From NCBI GenBank assembly GCA_965198005.1, contig CBDAOI010000004.1, forward strand, positions 1,088,001 to 1,152,000: a stretch of DNA of 64,000 nucleotides. Direction: 5' to 3'. The notes below the pieces were generated by a model. That model saw only the letters and a list, made by a program, of their open reading frames with translations, was not told the origin of the DNA and did not search any database. This document shows, piece by piece, positions 63,623 through 64,000 of this stretch. The position numbers were made by a program, and so were the translations under genes. The stretch comes from Spirochaetia bacterium. GTDB lineage: Bacteria; Spirochaetota; Spirochaetia; SZUA-6; Bin103. Position 1 is the stretch's first letter, and each line of letters opens with the position of its first letter.

Positions 63623-64000
63623 ACGGCGGTGCGATCAAGACTGCAGCTTGTGGCTCACCGGGAAACCGCGCTCGCAGCTTAATTCCGTTCGAGCCCATTT
63701 CTCGGGTGCGCAAAAAGCTGGGGGAACAGTCGCTACATCACGTAGGCGAATGAAACGGCGAGCACCACCACGGTAGTCTCGCCACGCGTAGGCTCGGTTT
63801 TGCAGCCGGTCACGTGGGAACAGGGCGATGGGCGCGCTGCCGGGCGGGGACCGTCCGCTACTACGGCTGCCCGGCCGAGGAACAGATCAGTGGAGCTTCG
63901 GCGCGCGCTCGATCGGGGTGTGGGGAATGTAGCGCGCCGCGTCGGTCCGCGCGGACTCCTAAACGGGAATCAGCCCGAGCCCATAGTGGATCGGAACCGC

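Noticed and set aside
33130-64000. Integron or diversity-generating retroelement as the cause of the mosaic
   Set aside because: No IntI, no convincing attC sites, no reverse transcriptase and no adenine-specific TR/VR pair seen; only a short integrase tail at 60743

Overview
GC-rich bacterial DNA in two halves. Positions 1-33.1 kb are mostly intact core genome: dnaG(3' end)-rpoD-zinc-ribbon protein-rnpB (RNase P RNA)-TPR-mreBCD-mrdA-rodA, then glmS, ugd, cysQ, an HNH nuclease, an aminopeptidase, alaS, rpmB, mog, xth, an O-methyltransferase, a 5'-3' exonuclease and aapJQMP. The gene order and the 'LWA..E' signal peptides suggest a high-GC spirochaete (inference). Inserted at 15.5-19.3 kb is an overlapping four-gene cluster: NspC-like PLP decarboxylase, DUF3326 protein (frameshifted), a divergent RelA/SpoT-type nucleotidyltransferase and a small unknown partner. 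The last two are visibly AT-richer and are the best candidate for an undescribed toxin/defence system. Positions 33.1-64 kb are a mosaic of paralogous dppA/B/C-like peptide ABC transporter genes and fragments. They are interleaved with at least seven toxin-antitoxin modules or remnants, an apparently complete four-gene DDE/ExeA-ATPase transposon with terminal inverted repeats, transposase fragments and many internally deleted pseudogenes. A ~300-nt structured non-coding leader recurs upstream of the binding-protein genes. Some of the mosaicism and single-base frameshifts could be assembly artefacts. All family calls come from motif recognition by eye; no searches were run.
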